Position numbers and translations under genes: made by a program. The notes under the pieces were generated by a model. It had not been told where the DNA came from and did not search any database. It saw nothing but the letters and a program-made list of their open reading frames with translations. Shown one piece after another: positions 1-9,810 of a stretch of DNA of 32,000 bases. How positions within the stretch are numbered: position 1 is the first letter of the stretch; every line of letters begins with the position of its first letter. This stretch comes from Synechococcus sp. A15-28 (lineage in GTDB: Bacteria > Cyanobacteriota > Cyanobacteriia > PCC-6307 > Cyanobiaceae). The stretch lies in assembly GCF_014280175.1 (NCBI RefSeq), contig NZ_CP047931.1:480001-512000 (forward strand), in the 5' to 3' direction.

Positions 1-180
1 CATCGCCTTCTGCCGCCGTTGGCGGGTGAGATTGGGACTGAGCAGGGGCACGCTGTCGATGGCGTCCCCCTCCGGCGGAATCGCCTGGCACGTCAGCAGG
101 GGTACGTCTGTGCCCCGCAGCTGCTCGGTCAGTCCTTCGGCTGCGGTCTGATCGGCCAGAACCACGACGCAAACGGGCAT
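1..180 (-). CDS. partial hypothetical protein, N-terminus only, runs off the left edge (MPVCVVVLADQTAAEGLTEQLRGTDVPLL...)
   Basis: Open frame of 60 codons from an ATG at 178-180 (minus strand) to the window edge; divergent from serA; not in the ORF track because it is truncated. Confidence 0.5.
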   Translation of the reverse strand, partial: MPVCVVVLADQTAAEGLTEQLRGTDVPLLTCQAIPPEGDAIDSVPLLSPNLTRQRRQKAM

Positions 181-282
181 TCGCACACATCCTGAGGGCT
201 CAATTCTGAACCCTGTCCTGCGAAGTTCAGGGGCAGTGAATGCCGATCACTACAGTTCGGCGCGGCAGTACCGCGCCCAGCG

Positions 283-1869
283 ATGTCCAAAGTTCTGGTT
301 TCCGACCCGATTGATCAGGCCGGGGTCGACATTCTCAGCCAGGTGGCTCAGGTGGACCAGCGTCCTGGTCTCTCCCCCGAGGAACTGGTCAGCGTGATCG
401 GTGATTACGACGGATTGATGATCCGTTCCGGCACGCAGGTGACCGCTGAGGTGATCGCGGCTGCATCCAAGCTCAAGATCATCGGCCGCGCCGGCGTCGG
501 TGTGGACAACGTCGATGTGCCGGCCGCCACCCAGCGGGGGGTGCTGGTGGTGAATTCCCCGGAGGGCAACACGATCGCGGCGGCGGAGCATGCCCTGGCG
601 ATGATGCTCACCCTGTCGCGGCATGTTCCCCAGGCCCATGCAGGCATGCGGGCCGGCAAATGGGACCGCAAGAAGTACGTCGGCAACGAGCTCTACAAGA
701 AGACGCTCGGCGTGGTCGGGCTGGGCAAGATCGGCTCCCACGTCGCCCGCGTCGCCCGGGCCATGGGGATGGAGGTGATCGCCTACGACCCTTTCATCGC
801 CGCTGACCGCGCCCAGCAGATGCAGGTGCGGCTCACCGAGCTGGATGAGTTGTTCCGCACTGCGGATTACGTGACGCTGCACATCCCCCGCACCAAGGAC
901 ACCGAGAACCTGGTGAATGCGGAGCTGCTGCGCACAATGAAACCCACCGCACGGATCGTGAACTGTGCCCGTGGTGGTGTGGTGGATGAAGCGGCCATCG
1001 CTGAGGCCATCAACAACGGCGTCATCGCCGGTGCCGGCCTGGATGTGTATGCCAGCGAACCTCTGGCGGAGGACTCGCCCCTGCGGGCGGTGGAGCGCGG
1101 CCTGGTGCTGACCCCCCACCTCGGTGCGTCCACGGAGGAGGCTCAGGAGAACGTGGCCACTGATGTGGCGGAGCAGATCCGCGACGTGCTGCTGGGGCTG
1201 CCGGCACGCAGCGCCGTCAATATCCCTGGCCTGAGTGCCGAGATCATGGAGCGGCTGAAGCCGCATCTGCAGCTGGCGGAAACCGTCGGTCGCCTGGTGA
1301 GCCAGCTCTCCGGCGGCCAGGTTCAGGAACTGGAACTGCGTTTGCAGGGGGATTTCGCCAACCATCCCTCCCAGCCGCTGGTGATCGCCTCGCTGAAGGG
1401 TCTGCTGGGGGCGGTGCTGGGGGACAGTATCAACTTCGTCAACGCTTCTTTGGAAGCCAAGGCCCGCGGTATCCGCGTGCTGGAGGTGAAGGATGAAGCC
1501 AGTCGCGATTACGCCGGCGGTTCACTTCAGCTGATCAGTCGCGGTGATCAGGGCAGCCGCAGCGTCACCGGCGCGGTGTTTGCCGATGGAGATCTGCGGA
1601 TCACCAGCATCGATGAGTTCCCTGTGAACGTGACCCCCAGCAGCCACATGCTGTTTACTCGCCACCGGGACATGCCCGGCATCATCGGCCAGCTGGGATC
1701 CATGCTCGGTGAGCACAACGTGAACATCGCAGCGATGCAGGTGGGACGGAAGATCGTTCGCGGTGATGCGGTGATGGTGCTGAGCATCGACGACCCGATC
1801 CCCGCAGCGTTGCTGCAGACCGTCACCGCGATTGAGGGCATCCAGGAAGCCCATCCGGTGAGCCTCTGA
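283..1869 (+). CDS. serA: D-3-phosphoglycerate dehydrogenase
   Basis: 528 aa; MSKVLVSDPIDQAGVDIL N-terminus, GVVGLGKIGSHVARVARAMGM NAD-binding motif, C-terminal ACT domain (DMPGIIGQLGSMLGEHNVNIAAMQVGR). Confidence 0.97.
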   Translation: MSKVLVSDPIDQAGVDILSQVAQVDQRPGLSPEELVSVIGDYDGLMIRSGTQVTAEVIAAASKLKIIGRAGVGVDNVDVPAATQRGVLVVNSPEGNTIAAAEHALAMMLTLSRHVPQAHAGMRAGKWDRKKYVGNELYKKTLGVVGLGKIGSHVARVARAMGMEVIAYDPFIAADRAQQMQVRLTELDELFRTADYVTLHIPRTKDTENLVNAELLRTMKPTARIVNCARGGVVDEAAIAEAINNGVIAGAGLDVYASEPLAEDSPLRAVERGLVLTPHLGASTEEAQENVATDVAEQIRDVLLGLPARSAVNIPGLSAEIMERLKPHLQLAETVGRLVSQLSGGQVQELELRLQGDFANHPSQPLVIASLKGLLGAVLGDSINFVNASLEAKARGIRVLEVKDEASRDYAGGSLQLISRGDQGSRSVTGAVFADGDLRITSIDEFPVNVTPSSHMLFTRHRDMPGIIGQLGSMLGEHNVNIAAMQVGRKIVRGDAVMVLSIDDPIPAALLQTVTAIEGIQEAHPVSL

Positions 1870-2756
1870 TGTGGTGGCGTCTTACGATGGCGTGTCCTCC
1901 TGAATTGGAGGAATCGCTGGTTTGGAAACTGACGGACCTCGGTCTGCACCGCCATGCGGTGCAGCATGCTCCGGAGACGCCGGATCAGAAGCAGCTGCTG
2001 CTGTGGCTGCCGCAGCCGGAATGGCCCGAGGCGGAACGCCAGCAGCTCCTGGCCAGCCTGGCGCCTTTGGCGGAGCCCTTCGGCCTGGAGCTGCCCCAGG
2101 GGCATTGGGATGATGTGGCGGACGAGGACTGGAGCCTGAGCTGGAAGCAGCACTGGCAGCCGGATCCGGTGGGGACTGGGTTATTGATCCTTCCTGCCTG
2201 GCTGGAGGTGCCGCCCGAGCACGGCGATCGGTTGGTGATCCGCATGGATCCGGGTAGTGCCTTCGGCACCGGCAGCCACCCCACGACGCGGCTTTGCCTG
2301 GAGGCACTGGAGCATGCTCCCCCCGTTGACGCCCTGGTGGCGGACCTGGGTTGCGGAAGCGGGGTGCTGGGGCTGGCGGCCCTGGGGCTGGGGGCGACGG
2401 CCGTGGTGGCGGCGGACACCGATTCCCTGGCGGTGCGGGCCACCGGTGACAACCGCGAGCTCAACGGCCGCTCAGAGGATCAGTTGAGGGTGAGCCTGGG
2501 ATCGGTGGACGCTCTGCAAGAGCTGCTGCAGGGCCGTCTGGCCGATCTGCTGCTGTGCAACATCCTGGCGCCGGTGATCGAGGCCCTGGCTCCGGGGTTC
2601 GACTCCCTTGTGGCCCCTGAGGGGCGTGCCCTCCTCAGTGGCCTGCTGGTGGATCAGGCCCCCAGGCTGGAACAGGTGCTGGGGGATCTGGGCTGGGGCG
2701 TGAAGGCGAGGGGCTCCCAGGGCCGCTGGGGCCTGCTCGAGATCCGGCGCCGCTGA
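1869..2756 (+). CDS. prmA: ribosomal protein L11 methyltransferase
   Basis: 295 aa; DPGSAFGTGSHPTTRLCLEALE and VADLGCGSGVLGLAALGLGA motifs; overlaps serA stop by one base. Confidence 0.95.
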   Translation: MWWRLTMACPPELEESLVWKLTDLGLHRHAVQHAPETPDQKQLLLWLPQPEWPEAERQQLLASLAPLAEPFGLELPQGHWDDVADEDWSLSWKQHWQPDPVGTGLLILPAWLEVPPEHGDRLVIRMDPGSAFGTGSHPTTRLCLEALEHAPPVDALVADLGCGSGVLGLAALGLGATAVVAADTDSLAVRATGDNRELNGRSEDQLRVSLGSVDALQELLQGRLADLLLCNILAPVIEALAPGFDSLVAPEGRALLSGLLVDQAPRLEQVLGDLGWGVKARGSQGRWGLLEIRRR

Positions 2757-2914
2757 GCCCCGATTGGCAATAAGCCAGGCTTATCAGTGGGTGGTCTCCG
2801 ATTGGACCTGATCGGTTGCAGGCCCAGAACCCGCGGGATCACCCCTTGTCTGCAGTAGATAAGTGCGGTCCTGCAGGACCGGCCATCCGGGACCCTGTAC
2901 GCATTCACCAAGTC

Positions 2915-3214
2915 ATGGCTTCCTACAAGGTCACCCTGGTCAGCGAGAGCGAAGGTCTCAACAAGACCATCGAAGTGCCCGACGACCAGTACATCCTCGA
3001 CGCTGCTGAAGAGCAGGGCATCGATCTGCCCTACTCCTGCCGCGCTGGCGCTTGCTCCACCTGCGCCGGCAAGATCACCGCTGGCACCGTCGATCAGTCC
3101 GACCAGAGCTTCCTGGACGACGACCAGATCGAAGCCGGTTTCGTGCTGACCTGCGTCGCATACCCCACCTCCGACTGCACCATCAAGACCCACGCTGAAG
3201 AAGAGCTCTACTGA
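2915..3214 (+). CDS. petF: plant-type [2Fe-2S] ferredoxin
   Basis: 99 aa from ATG 2915: [11 protein letters not shown]...[14 protein letters not shown]...[22 protein letters not shown]; four-cysteine 2Fe-2S pattern. Confidence 0.95.
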   Translation: MASYKVTLVSESEGLNKTIEVPDDQYILDAAEEQGIDLPYSCRAGACSTCAGKITAGTVDQSDQSFLDDDQIEAGFVLTCVAYPTSDCTIKTHAEEELY

Positions 3215-3244
3215 GTCCTTCGCCCAGTTTTGGGTTGTCGCTTC

Positions 3245-3270
3245 AACCACCCCTGCGGGGGTGGTTTTTT
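3245..3270 (+). terminator. Rho-independent terminator of petF
   Basis: Perfect 9-bp stem AACCACCCC/GGGGTGGTT with TGCG loop and continuing T run, 31 bp after the petF stop. Confidence 0.9.
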
Positions 3271-3314
3271 GTTGCTCAGCACCCTTGCATGACCCTGAAC
3301 GCACCGCTGTTGCC

Positions 3315-3743
3315 GTGAGCCGTCCCGATGTTGAGGAGCTGCTGGCGCCCGGCAGCATTCACACCAGCCCCGGCGGGCAGTACAGCTTCCGTGTCATCGG
3401 CCCCTGCTGCCGGTTGTTCGATCGTGAAGAGCTGCCATGGCCCTGCTGCCGTCTGGCCTGGCGCAGCAAGGAGCCCAGCTGGCGCCGGGTGGGGCGTCGC
3501 TTCGTTCCCGACCTGGCGGCGCGGCGATGCCCCTCGTACGCCGTGGAGCTGCTTCAGCCGGGCTCCAGGCCTACAGGCACAGTGCTGACGCTCTTTTCGG
3601 TGCGGTTCAGCCGTGGGCTGCAGGAGTGGTGGTACAGCCGCCATCCCCGCTCGATGGAGCCAGGCAACCTGGCACCTCCGCCAGCCGAAGCACCAAAAAA
3701 CCCCAGAAGCCCTGAAGCCACTGGGGTGAGTGAACCGGGTTGA
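3315..3743 (+). CDS. hypothetical protein
   Basis: Open frame; proposed GTG start at 3315 (VSRPDVEELLAPGSIHTSPGGQYSFRVIGPCCRLFD...); upstream in-frame ATG at 3261 lies inside the petF terminator so is unlikely. Confidence 0.6.
   Translation: MSRPDVEELLAPGSIHTSPGGQYSFRVIGPCCRLFDREELPWPCCRLAWRSKEPSWRRVGRRFVPDLAARRCPSYAVELLQPGSRPTGTVLTLFSVRFSRGLQEWWYSRHPRSMEPGNLAPPPAEAPKNPRSPEATGVSEPG
3695..3726 (-). terminator. probable Rho-independent terminator of psbV
   Basis: On the minus strand CCCCAG...CTGGGG followed by TTTTTT, 26 bp past the psbV stop; inner stem is weak. Confidence 0.6.
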
Positions 3744-3752
3744 GGAGCTCGA

Positions 3753-4265
3753 TCAGAAGTAGATCTTTCCGCCGCCCCAGGCCGTGCCCTGCACCTTGGG
3801 GGCCACCAGGATGTAACCGGCCATCAGGCGCAGCTCTTCGTCGGTGAGATCGCGCATGGCGGGGTAGAGCTCGGCATCGCGCATGCTCGGATGCAGGTCA
3901 GCAATGCTGTATTCGCCGTCGTAGGAGGTGGGGTCCTTCATGTAGTCCACCAGGGCGTCGACGTTGTCACGTGCTGGTGTGGCCAGGGCCAGGGTCTCGG
4001 GATCGAGCCCCACGTTCTGGTTGGTCTTGGTGATGCCACCGGCGTGGCAGGTGCCGCAGCTGGTGTTGAACACCTTGCGGCCGGTGTTGATCTCCTGCTC
4101 GCTGAAGGTCACCTGGGTGCCCTCAGGGTTGCCTGGAACGGTGAGGGTCTCGGCATCCCAGCGGACCGCCTCTGCAGGGGACGCCAACACCAGCCCGATC
4201 AGCACGGGAACCAGGATGAGAAGTCCCTTCAGGGATTGCTGCAATGTGGAGAAAAGAGAGGCCAT
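3753..4265 (-). CDS. psbV: photosystem II cytochrome c-550
   Basis: Signal peptide ending ASPAEA, mature VRWDAETLTVPGNPEG, haem motif CGTCH, C-terminal VAPKVQGTAWGGGKIYF. ORF extends to 4301; ATG 4265 (MASLFSTLQQ) preferred. Confidence 0.96.
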   Translation of the reverse strand: MASLFSTLQQSLKGLLILVPVLIGLVLASPAEAVRWDAETLTVPGNPEGTQVTFSEQEINTGRKVFNTSCGTCHAGGITKTNQNVGLDPETLALATPARDNVDALVDYMKDPTSYDGEYSIADLHPSMRDAELYPAMRDLTDEELRLMAGYILVAPKVQGTAWGGGKIYF

Positions 4266-4339
4266 GAAGGACGCCGGGGATTGACGGACAAACCGCACCA
4301 AGCCCTTGTATCACGGCAAGTTGGCCGTCTGTGGCCGAA

Positions 4340-5299
4340 TCACGAACTGTTGCAGTGGGGTGTCACATCCAGGCTGAGGAAGTCCTTGGCCAGAACCGTG
4401 TTGGGGAAGATCGCCTGGGCTTCCTTCAGCAGGTCATCGGGGCTCACCGGGTTGCCCGGCACGTAGCGGGGACTCAGGTGTGTGATCGCCAGTTGGCCGA
4501 CACCGGCTTCGGCGGCGGTCTGGGCCGCCATGGTGCTGGTGGAGTGCTGTTTCTGAAAGGCCATCTCCGCCTCGGCATGGGCGAAGGTCGATTCATGGAT
4601 CAGCAGATCCACGCCCCGGGCCAGCTCAACAGCGGCATCGCAGAAGACGGTATCGGTGCAGATCATCACGCTCACCCCCGGTCGCTCCGGGCCGCAGAGC
4701 GTGGTGCCGTCGATGACGCGGCCATCCTCCAGGGTCACGCTCTCACCGCGCTTCAGCCGGGCGTACACCGGCCCTGGCGGTATGCCGAGGGACCGGGCCT
4801 TATCGATGTCGAACCGTCCCGCCAGGGGCTTCTGGTCCACCCGGTAGGCGTAGGCCGGCACCCGGTGGGTCAGGGGGGTGCAGCGCACGGTGAGCTCGTC
4901 GTCTTCGAACAGCACGGTTCCCTGTTCAGCCGCCGGCCGTGAGCGGTGCACCTGGAGCGGATAGCCGATGCGGGTTGAGCTGGTGTGCAGCGCACCCTTG
5001 AGGAAGGATTCGAGCGGATCGGGGCCGTAGAGATCCACCCCGTCCTGGCAGGAGCCGGACAACCCCAGGCTGGCCAGCAGCCCTGGCAGCCCGAAGACAT
5101 GATCACCGTGCATATGGGTGACAAACACCCGCCGCAGTTGTGACAGGCGCAGATCGCTGCGCAGAAACTGATGCTGCGTGCCCTCGCCGCAGTCGAACAG
5201 CCACATCTCCGACCGCTGCGGCAGACGCAGGGCCACGGCGGAGACGTTGCGCGCCCGGGTGGGCACACCGGAACTGGTACCGAGAAAGGTGACCTGCAC
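4340..5299 (-). CDS. rnz: ribonuclease Z
   Basis: 319 aa; [35 protein letters not shown] metallo-beta-lactamase motif, [25 protein letters not shown]. Confidence 0.95.
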   Translation of the reverse strand: MQVTFLGTSSGVPTRARNVSAVALRLPQRSEMWLFDCGEGTQHQFLRSDLRLSQLRRVFVTHMHGDHVFGLPGLLASLGLSGSCQDGVDLYGPDPLESFLKGALHTSSTRIGYPLQVHRSRPAAEQGTVLFEDDELTVRCTPLTHRVPAYAYRVDQKPLAGRFDIDKARSLGIPPGPVYARLKRGESVTLEDGRVIDGTTLCGPERPGVSVMICTDTVFCDAAVELARGVDLLIHESTFAHAEAEMAFQKQHSTSTMAAQTAAEAGVGQLAITHLSPRYVPGNPVSPDDLLKEAQAIFPNTVLAKDFLSLDVTPHCNSS

Positions 5300-5320
5300 G
5301 GCCGCTGGTACTCAGTGGTC

Positions 5321-6703
5321 ATGCTGCCATCTGGTTGGCCCTGGACAGGCGGGGCACACTGGGACGCGTTCTGGTGTCGCGTGCGTTTCGCTCCGATCGT
5401 CGCTCTGATGGGCTGTGCTGTCGTCAGCGCTGTCGCTCCGCCACCTGCTGTGCCCCTGGGCCGTGAACCGCAGATGCGCGTGCTGGTGCAGGAGGGGCCG
5501 CGCCTGGCCCTGCGGGCCGATGGCAACCAGCTGTTTCAGGTGCGGGGTCTGCCGGGGGGCACCCGCACGTTGCGTCGCCTGGTGCTGAGCCTGCGCGGTG
5601 GGGCGCTGTTGGCGGAACTGGATGGCGAGCAGCAACGACTCCCGGCCAGCAGTCTTCTTCAGGTGCGATCCAGTGACCCTCGGGGCATCTGGCTGGCACA
5701 GCGCCGTTACCGAGGTGAGCTGCGCCTCAGTGGCCGCGGCGGCCAGCTCCGGGCCGTGAACGCCCTCGGCATCGAGTCCTACCTGATGAGCGTGGTGGGC
5801 AGTGAGATGCCCCATAAGTGGCCACTGGCTGCTCTGCAGGCGCAGGCCGTGGCCGCACGCACCTATGCCCTTCAGCAACGCAGTCGAGGCGGTGGCTGGG
5901 ATCTGAAGGCCACCGTCGCCAGCCAGGTGTACCTGGGTGTTGAGTCCGAAACCCCGCGCACCCGTCAGGCCGTGGCCAGCACCCGCTCCCTGGTGTTGGT
6001 GCACGGCGGCAAGTTGATCAATGCGGTCTTCCACAGCAGCTCCGGTGGTGTCACCGAGGCCAGCGGCATGGTCTGGCGCAACCAGCTCCCCTATCTGGTG
6101 AGCGTGCCGGATCACGACCAGCACAGTCCGATGCATCGCTGGCAGGAGCGGTTCGACCTGGAGGGTCTGCGCCAGCGGCTGCCGGAAACCGGTGGTGTGA
6201 ATGCGGTTGATGTCCTGAGCCGCAGTGCCAGTGGACGGGTGCGGCAGGCGCGGCTGCGGGGGCCGCGGGGGTCGCTGCTGCTGAGCGGCGCCGATCTTCG
6301 CCGCCGTCTGGGCCTCAAGAGCACCTTGGTGAACTTTCAGATGGTTCCGGCCATGGCACCGCCGGAACCGGTTCCGGCCCTCAGGGCAACGCCGGTCCAG
6401 GGCGCCTCCAGGATTGCCCAGATCACGGCGTCGGTGTCACGCCCAAGCCCGGCTCTGCTGGGGGGGCTGGGCCGCGAGCGCCGGCAAGCGCTGCCGGGGT
6501 GGCAACTGCTGGTGACGGGGCAAGGCCATGGCCATGGCGTGGGCATGAGCCAGTGGGGGGCCAATGGCCTGGCCAGGCAGGGCGCTGATTTCCGCACGAT
6601 CCTTCGCCATTACTACCGGGGGGCTGAGGTGATGCCCTACCAACCCCATCACGACGGTTCAGTGGCGCAGACCTGGCCATCGGCGCCAGCTTGGAGGGGT
6701 TGA
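5321..6703 (+). CDS. SpoIID/LytB domain protein, predicted exported
   Basis: RYRGELRLSGRGGQLRAVNALGIESYLMSVVGSEMPHKWPLAALQAQAVAARTYAL and GHGHGVGMSQWGANGLARQG typical of SpoIID/LytB family; start ambiguous (ATG 5321 or GTG 5381). Confidence 0.87.
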   Translation: MLPSGWPWTGGAHWDAFWCRVRFAPIVALMGCAVVSAVAPPPAVPLGREPQMRVLVQEGPRLALRADGNQLFQVRGLPGGTRTLRRLVLSLRGGALLAELDGEQQRLPASSLLQVRSSDPRGIWLAQRRYRGELRLSGRGGQLRAVNALGIESYLMSVVGSEMPHKWPLAALQAQAVAARTYALQQRSRGGGWDLKATVASQVYLGVESETPRTRQAVASTRSLVLVHGGKLINAVFHSSSGGVTEASGMVWRNQLPYLVSVPDHDQHSPMHRWQERFDLEGLRQRLPETGGVNAVDVLSRSASGRVRQARLRGPRGSLLLSGADLRRRLGLKSTLVNFQMVPAMAPPEPVPALRATPVQGASRIAQITASVSRPSPALLGGLGRERRQALPGWQLLVTGQGHGHGVGMSQWGANGLARQGADFRTILRHYYRGAEVMPYQPHHDGSVAQTWPSAPAWRG

Positions 6704-6716
6704 TCCGGCGCTGCCG

Positions 6717-7499
6717 TTGCCCTCTTTCTCCATCGTTGACGATCCGCCGCGTTCGGCTGAGGTGTTGTGCACCAGGCTGGTGGACCAGCTGGAGCGATCC
6801 CTCCGTCAGATCCTTCAGAACCCGGCGGCCAGCCGCCCCCTGGGTCTGGCCACCGGGCGCACGATGGAGCCGCTTTACGCCGCCCTGGTGGAGCGCCTGC
6901 TGCGCTGGCCATCGCCCGATCTCGCGGCGCTTCGGCGCAGCTGGTGCAGCTTCAACCTGGACGAGTACCTGGGGCTGCCAGCCGGCGATCCGCGCAGTTA
7001 CCGGACCTTCATGGACGATCGGCTGGGGCGGCCCCTGGCGTTGCCGGCGGGGGCCTTGCAGCTGCCCGATGGGCAGGCGGCCGATGGGGATGCTGCCGCT
7101 GTGGCGTTCCGCGCTGCCCTGCAGGCCAAGGGAGGAATCGGTGTGCAGCTGCTGGGTCTGGGCAGCAACGGCCATTTGGGCTTCAACGAGCCCCCCTGCG
7201 GTCGTGAGCAGGCCTGCCGGGTGGTGGAGCTCTCAGAGGCGACGCGACGCCAGAACGCCGGCTTGTTCGGAGGTGACCCCGCGGCGGTGCCGCCCTGGGC
7301 CATCACCCTGGGGCTGAAGGAGATCCTGGCGGCTGAGCAGATCCACCTGGTGGTGACCGGTCGCGGCAAAGCCCCCATCCTTGGCCGCCTGTTGGCCATG
7401 GATCAGCCCGATCCCGCCGTGCCGGCCAGCTGGTTGCTGGAGCACCCCCAGGTCAGTCTCTGGGCCGATGCGGACGCCCTGTCGCTCTCCTTAGCTTGA
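6717..7499 (+). CDS. nagB: glucosamine-6-phosphate deaminase / 6-phosphogluconolactonase-family protein
   Basis: LGLATGRTMEPLY, FNLDEYLGLPAGDPRSYRTFM, GLGSNGHLGFNEPP, ITLGLKEILAAEQIHLVVTGRGKA motifs; apparent TTG start, start uncertain. Confidence 0.82.
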   Translation: MPSFSIVDDPPRSAEVLCTRLVDQLERSLRQILQNPAASRPLGLATGRTMEPLYAALVERLLRWPSPDLAALRRSWCSFNLDEYLGLPAGDPRSYRTFMDDRLGRPLALPAGALQLPDGQAADGDAAAVAFRAALQAKGGIGVQLLGLGSNGHLGFNEPPCGREQACRVVELSEATRRQNAGLFGGDPAAVPPWAITLGLKEILAAEQIHLVVTGRGKAPILGRLLAMDQPDPAVPASWLLEHPQVSLWADADALSLSLA

Positions 7500-7520
7500 A
7501 CGGGTGAACGCGTCGCTTCG

Positions 7521-7784
7521 ATGAGCATCGACCCCGTGGAACGCCGCCTGGAACAGAGCTTCGAAGCGGAGCGCTGGACGCGTTTCATCCAGGACTGTCA
7601 GGACATCGAGCAGCTGCGGGAGACGGCTCTGGCGTTGGTGCAGCAGCTCGCGCAGCAGAAGGCTGCCAGCGCCTGGATGGCCAGCCGCGCCTCGGAATCG
7701 GAGAACGCCAAGTTGCAGATGCTGGCCCAGATGATCCGCCAGACGGACGACAGTGGCGAGACATCCTCTGATCGGGGGATGTGA
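7521..7784 (+). CDS. small conserved-looking hypothetical protein (87 aa)
   Basis: MSIDPVERRLEQSFEAERWTRFIQDCQDIEQLRETALALVQQLAQQKAASAWMASRASE...; helical, ATG start, follows nagB-like gene closely. Confidence 0.7.
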   Translation: MSIDPVERRLEQSFEAERWTRFIQDCQDIEQLRETALALVQQLAQQKAASAWMASRASESENAKLQMLAQMIRQTDDSGETSSDRGM

Positions 7785-7802
7785 TCCCGCAGCGAAAGCC
7801 GG

Positions 7803-7976
7803 TCAGTCGTGGTCCTTCTGCCAGCGGCTGAGGCTGGCGGGGGAGAACTTGTGGCCGTGGCGGGCGGCCACTTTCACCACACAGGAGTTGTCCTTGCCGC
7901 AACGCTGCACCTCAGCTCGGATGTTGTCGTTGCTCTGGACGCGGGACATGAACGTTTCCAGCTGCTTCATCGACAT
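7803..7976 (-). CDS. Nif11-like short peptide (57 aa)
   Basis: MSMKQLETFMSRVQSNDNIRAEVQRCGKDNSCVVKVAARHGHKFSPASLSRWQKDHD; resembles the Nif11 N-terminal domain; ATG at 7976 nested in longer tracked frame 7803..8171. Confidence 0.72.
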   Translation of the reverse strand: MSMKQLETFMSRVQSNDNIRAEVQRCGKDNSCVVKVAARHGHKFSPASLSRWQKDHD

Positions 7977-8088
7977 GGATTCGAGTCTCCAGAAGGGATG
8001 ACTCCGGCCTAGCTGCTGCGTCTGTGTGCTCCCCAACACGAAAGGATTGATCCGGATTTCCACACAGCGTGTTGCAGTTGCTTGCGCT

Positions 8089-8841
8089 CTATGAAGCTTC
8101 CAGGTCCAGATTCTGGTCGAAGTCGAGGTTGGCGCTGACGCTGCGGACGTCGTCCAGGCCATCGAGGGCATCCAGCAATTTGAGGCACTGGCGTGCGGTG
8201 TCGATGTCGCTGATCTCCACGCTGCTCAGGGCTGACCAGCTGTGGCCCCACTCCCGCACGGTCCAGCCCTGTTGATGCAGGCCGTCCTGCAGGGCCTCCA
8301 GGCTGGTGAAGGGGCCATGCACCAGCGCCGAGCCGTCCTGCAGCAGTTCATAGCCATCGGCGTCGAGCTCCAGCAGGCTTTCCAGCAGCCGTTCCTCATC
8401 GGCAGCCGTGGCCTGGATGCTCACTTCGCTGCGGTGGGTGAACAGATAAGCGACGCAGCCGCTTTCCCCGAGGTTGCCGCCGTTCTTGCTGAAGGCCAGT
8501 CGCAGATCAGCAGCCGTTCGATTGCGGTTGTCCGTGAGGGCCTCCACCAGCACGGCCATGCCGGCCGGGCCATAGCCCTCGTAACGCACCTCCTCCAGTT
8601 GGGTGCCATCACCCCCCTGGCCGGAGCCCTTGGCGATGGCTCGCTCGATGTTGGCGGCTGGAACCCCGGCAGCCTTGGCCTTGCTGATCGCCGTGCGCAG
8701 CTGAAAGTTGCCGGATGGGTCCGCCCCATCCCTTGCCGCCACCATGATCTCGCGGCCGAGGCGGGTGAACACAGCCCCGCGCTTCGCGTCAACGACGGCC
8801 TTGGTGCGTTTGATCTGGGACCATTTGCTGTGGCCGGCCAT
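8089..8841 (-). CDS. yebC: YebC/PmpR family protein
   Basis: [56 protein letters not shown]. Confidence 0.95.
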   Translation of the reverse strand: MAGHSKWSQIKRTKAVVDAKRGAVFTRLGREIMVAARDGADPSGNFQLRTAISKAKAAGVPAANIERAIAKGSGQGGDGTQLEEVRYEGYGPAGMAVLVEALTDNRNRTAADLRLAFSKNGGNLGESGCVAYLFTHRSEVSIQATAADEERLLESLLELDADGYELLQDGSALVHGPFTSLEALQDGLHQQGWTVREWGHSWSALSSVEISDIDTARQCLKLLDALDGLDDVRSVSANLDFDQNLDLEAS

Positions 8842-8880
8842 CGCTCCTGAGCGCCCTGCACCGATGCTGGCGCACGGACC

Positions 8881-9795
8881 TCAGCCGCTCGCATCAAACA
8901 CCACCTTCGGTTGGAGTTGATCGTGCTCCTGGCGCAGCCCGATGCCCGCCATGCTGCCGTCGGCGTTGCAGACCACCACGGCGTTGCCTGGACCCGGCTC
9001 CAGGCTCAGTCGACGGCCGCAGCGCCAGTCGGCCTCCTCGCTGCCGTTGAGCTGGCGGCGGGGCAGATGCTCCAGGGCGAGCAGAGGGGAGAGAGGTGGC
9101 GGAGGTGTGGTGTCCGCCTTCGGCAGCGCTTGGGCCTGGGACTCGAGGAAGCCGAGGGCCTGGGTGCGGCGCAGCTGGGCCAGGCAGCCGCCGCAGCCCA
9201 GCTGCTCGCCAAGATCGCGAGCGAGGGCACGGATGTAGGTGCCAGTGGAGCAGTGCACCTCCAGGGTCAGCTGTCCCTGGCGGGTGTCCCAGTGCAGCAG
9301 CTCCAGGCGGTGGATGGTCACCGGCCGTGGAGGCAGGTCCATCTGCTCTCCTCTTCGGGCGCGGGCGTGGGCCCGTTCGCCGTCCACATGCACGGCGGAC
9401 ACCTGGGGCGGGCGTTGCTGGATCGGGCCACGGAACCGGTTCAAGGCGCTCTCCAGCTCCTCGAGCTGAAGGTCAGGCCAGGGGGCCTGGCGCAGCAGCT
9501 CCCCCTCCAGGTCGTCGCTGCTGGTGACGCGCCCCAGCTGGATCACCCCCCGGTAGGTCTTCTCACCGGGGAGGTAGGGCAGCAGGCGTGTGGCGGGGCC
9601 CAGGGCGATCGGCAGAACCCCCGTCACCGCAGGGTCCAGGGTGCCGCCGTGGCCCACCCGTTTGAGGCCATAGCAGCGCCGTAGACGGCTGACGCAGCTG
9701 TGGGAGGTGAGCCCGGCGGGTTTGTCGATCACCACGAAGCCGAAGGGGCCGTCCAAGGGGGGTGGTCGTCGTGACCCCAGACTGTTGCATCCCAA
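8881..9795 (-). CDS. truB: tRNA pseudouridine(55) synthase
   Basis: GFVVIDKPAGLTSHSCVSRLRR, VGHGGTLDPAVTGVLPIALG, STGTYIRALARDLGEQLG; no good ATG near expected N-terminus, TTG at 9795 is the best candidate. Confidence 0.93.
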   Translation of the reverse strand: MGCNSLGSRRPPPLDGPFGFVVIDKPAGLTSHSCVSRLRRCYGLKRVGHGGTLDPAVTGVLPIALGPATRLLPYLPGEKTYRGVIQLGRVTSSDDLEGELLRQAPWPDLQLEELESALNRFRGPIQQRPPQVSAVHVDGERAHARARRGEQMDLPPRPVTIHRLELLHWDTRQGQLTLEVHCSTGTYIRALARDLGEQLGCGGCLAQLRRTQALGFLESQAQALPKADTTPPPPLSPLLALEHLPRRQLNGSEEADWRCGRRLSLEPGPGNAVVVCNADGSMAGIGLRQEHDQLQPKVVFDASG

Positions 9796-9810
9796 CGGTC
9801 CATCGACGCC

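Noticed and set aside
250-1365. 371-aa minus-strand ORF antisense to serA
   Set aside because: Fully overlaps a well-supported serA; Gln/His/Gly-rich translation typical of antisense frames in high-GC DNA
6717-6720. Possible frameshift at the start of the nagB-like gene because no ATG is present
   Set aside because: The frame is intact over all family motifs from TTG 6717; a non-ATG start is a simpler explanation
9096-9527. 143-aa ORF and 257-aa ORF (8911..9684) on plus strand
   Set aside because: Antisense frames of truB
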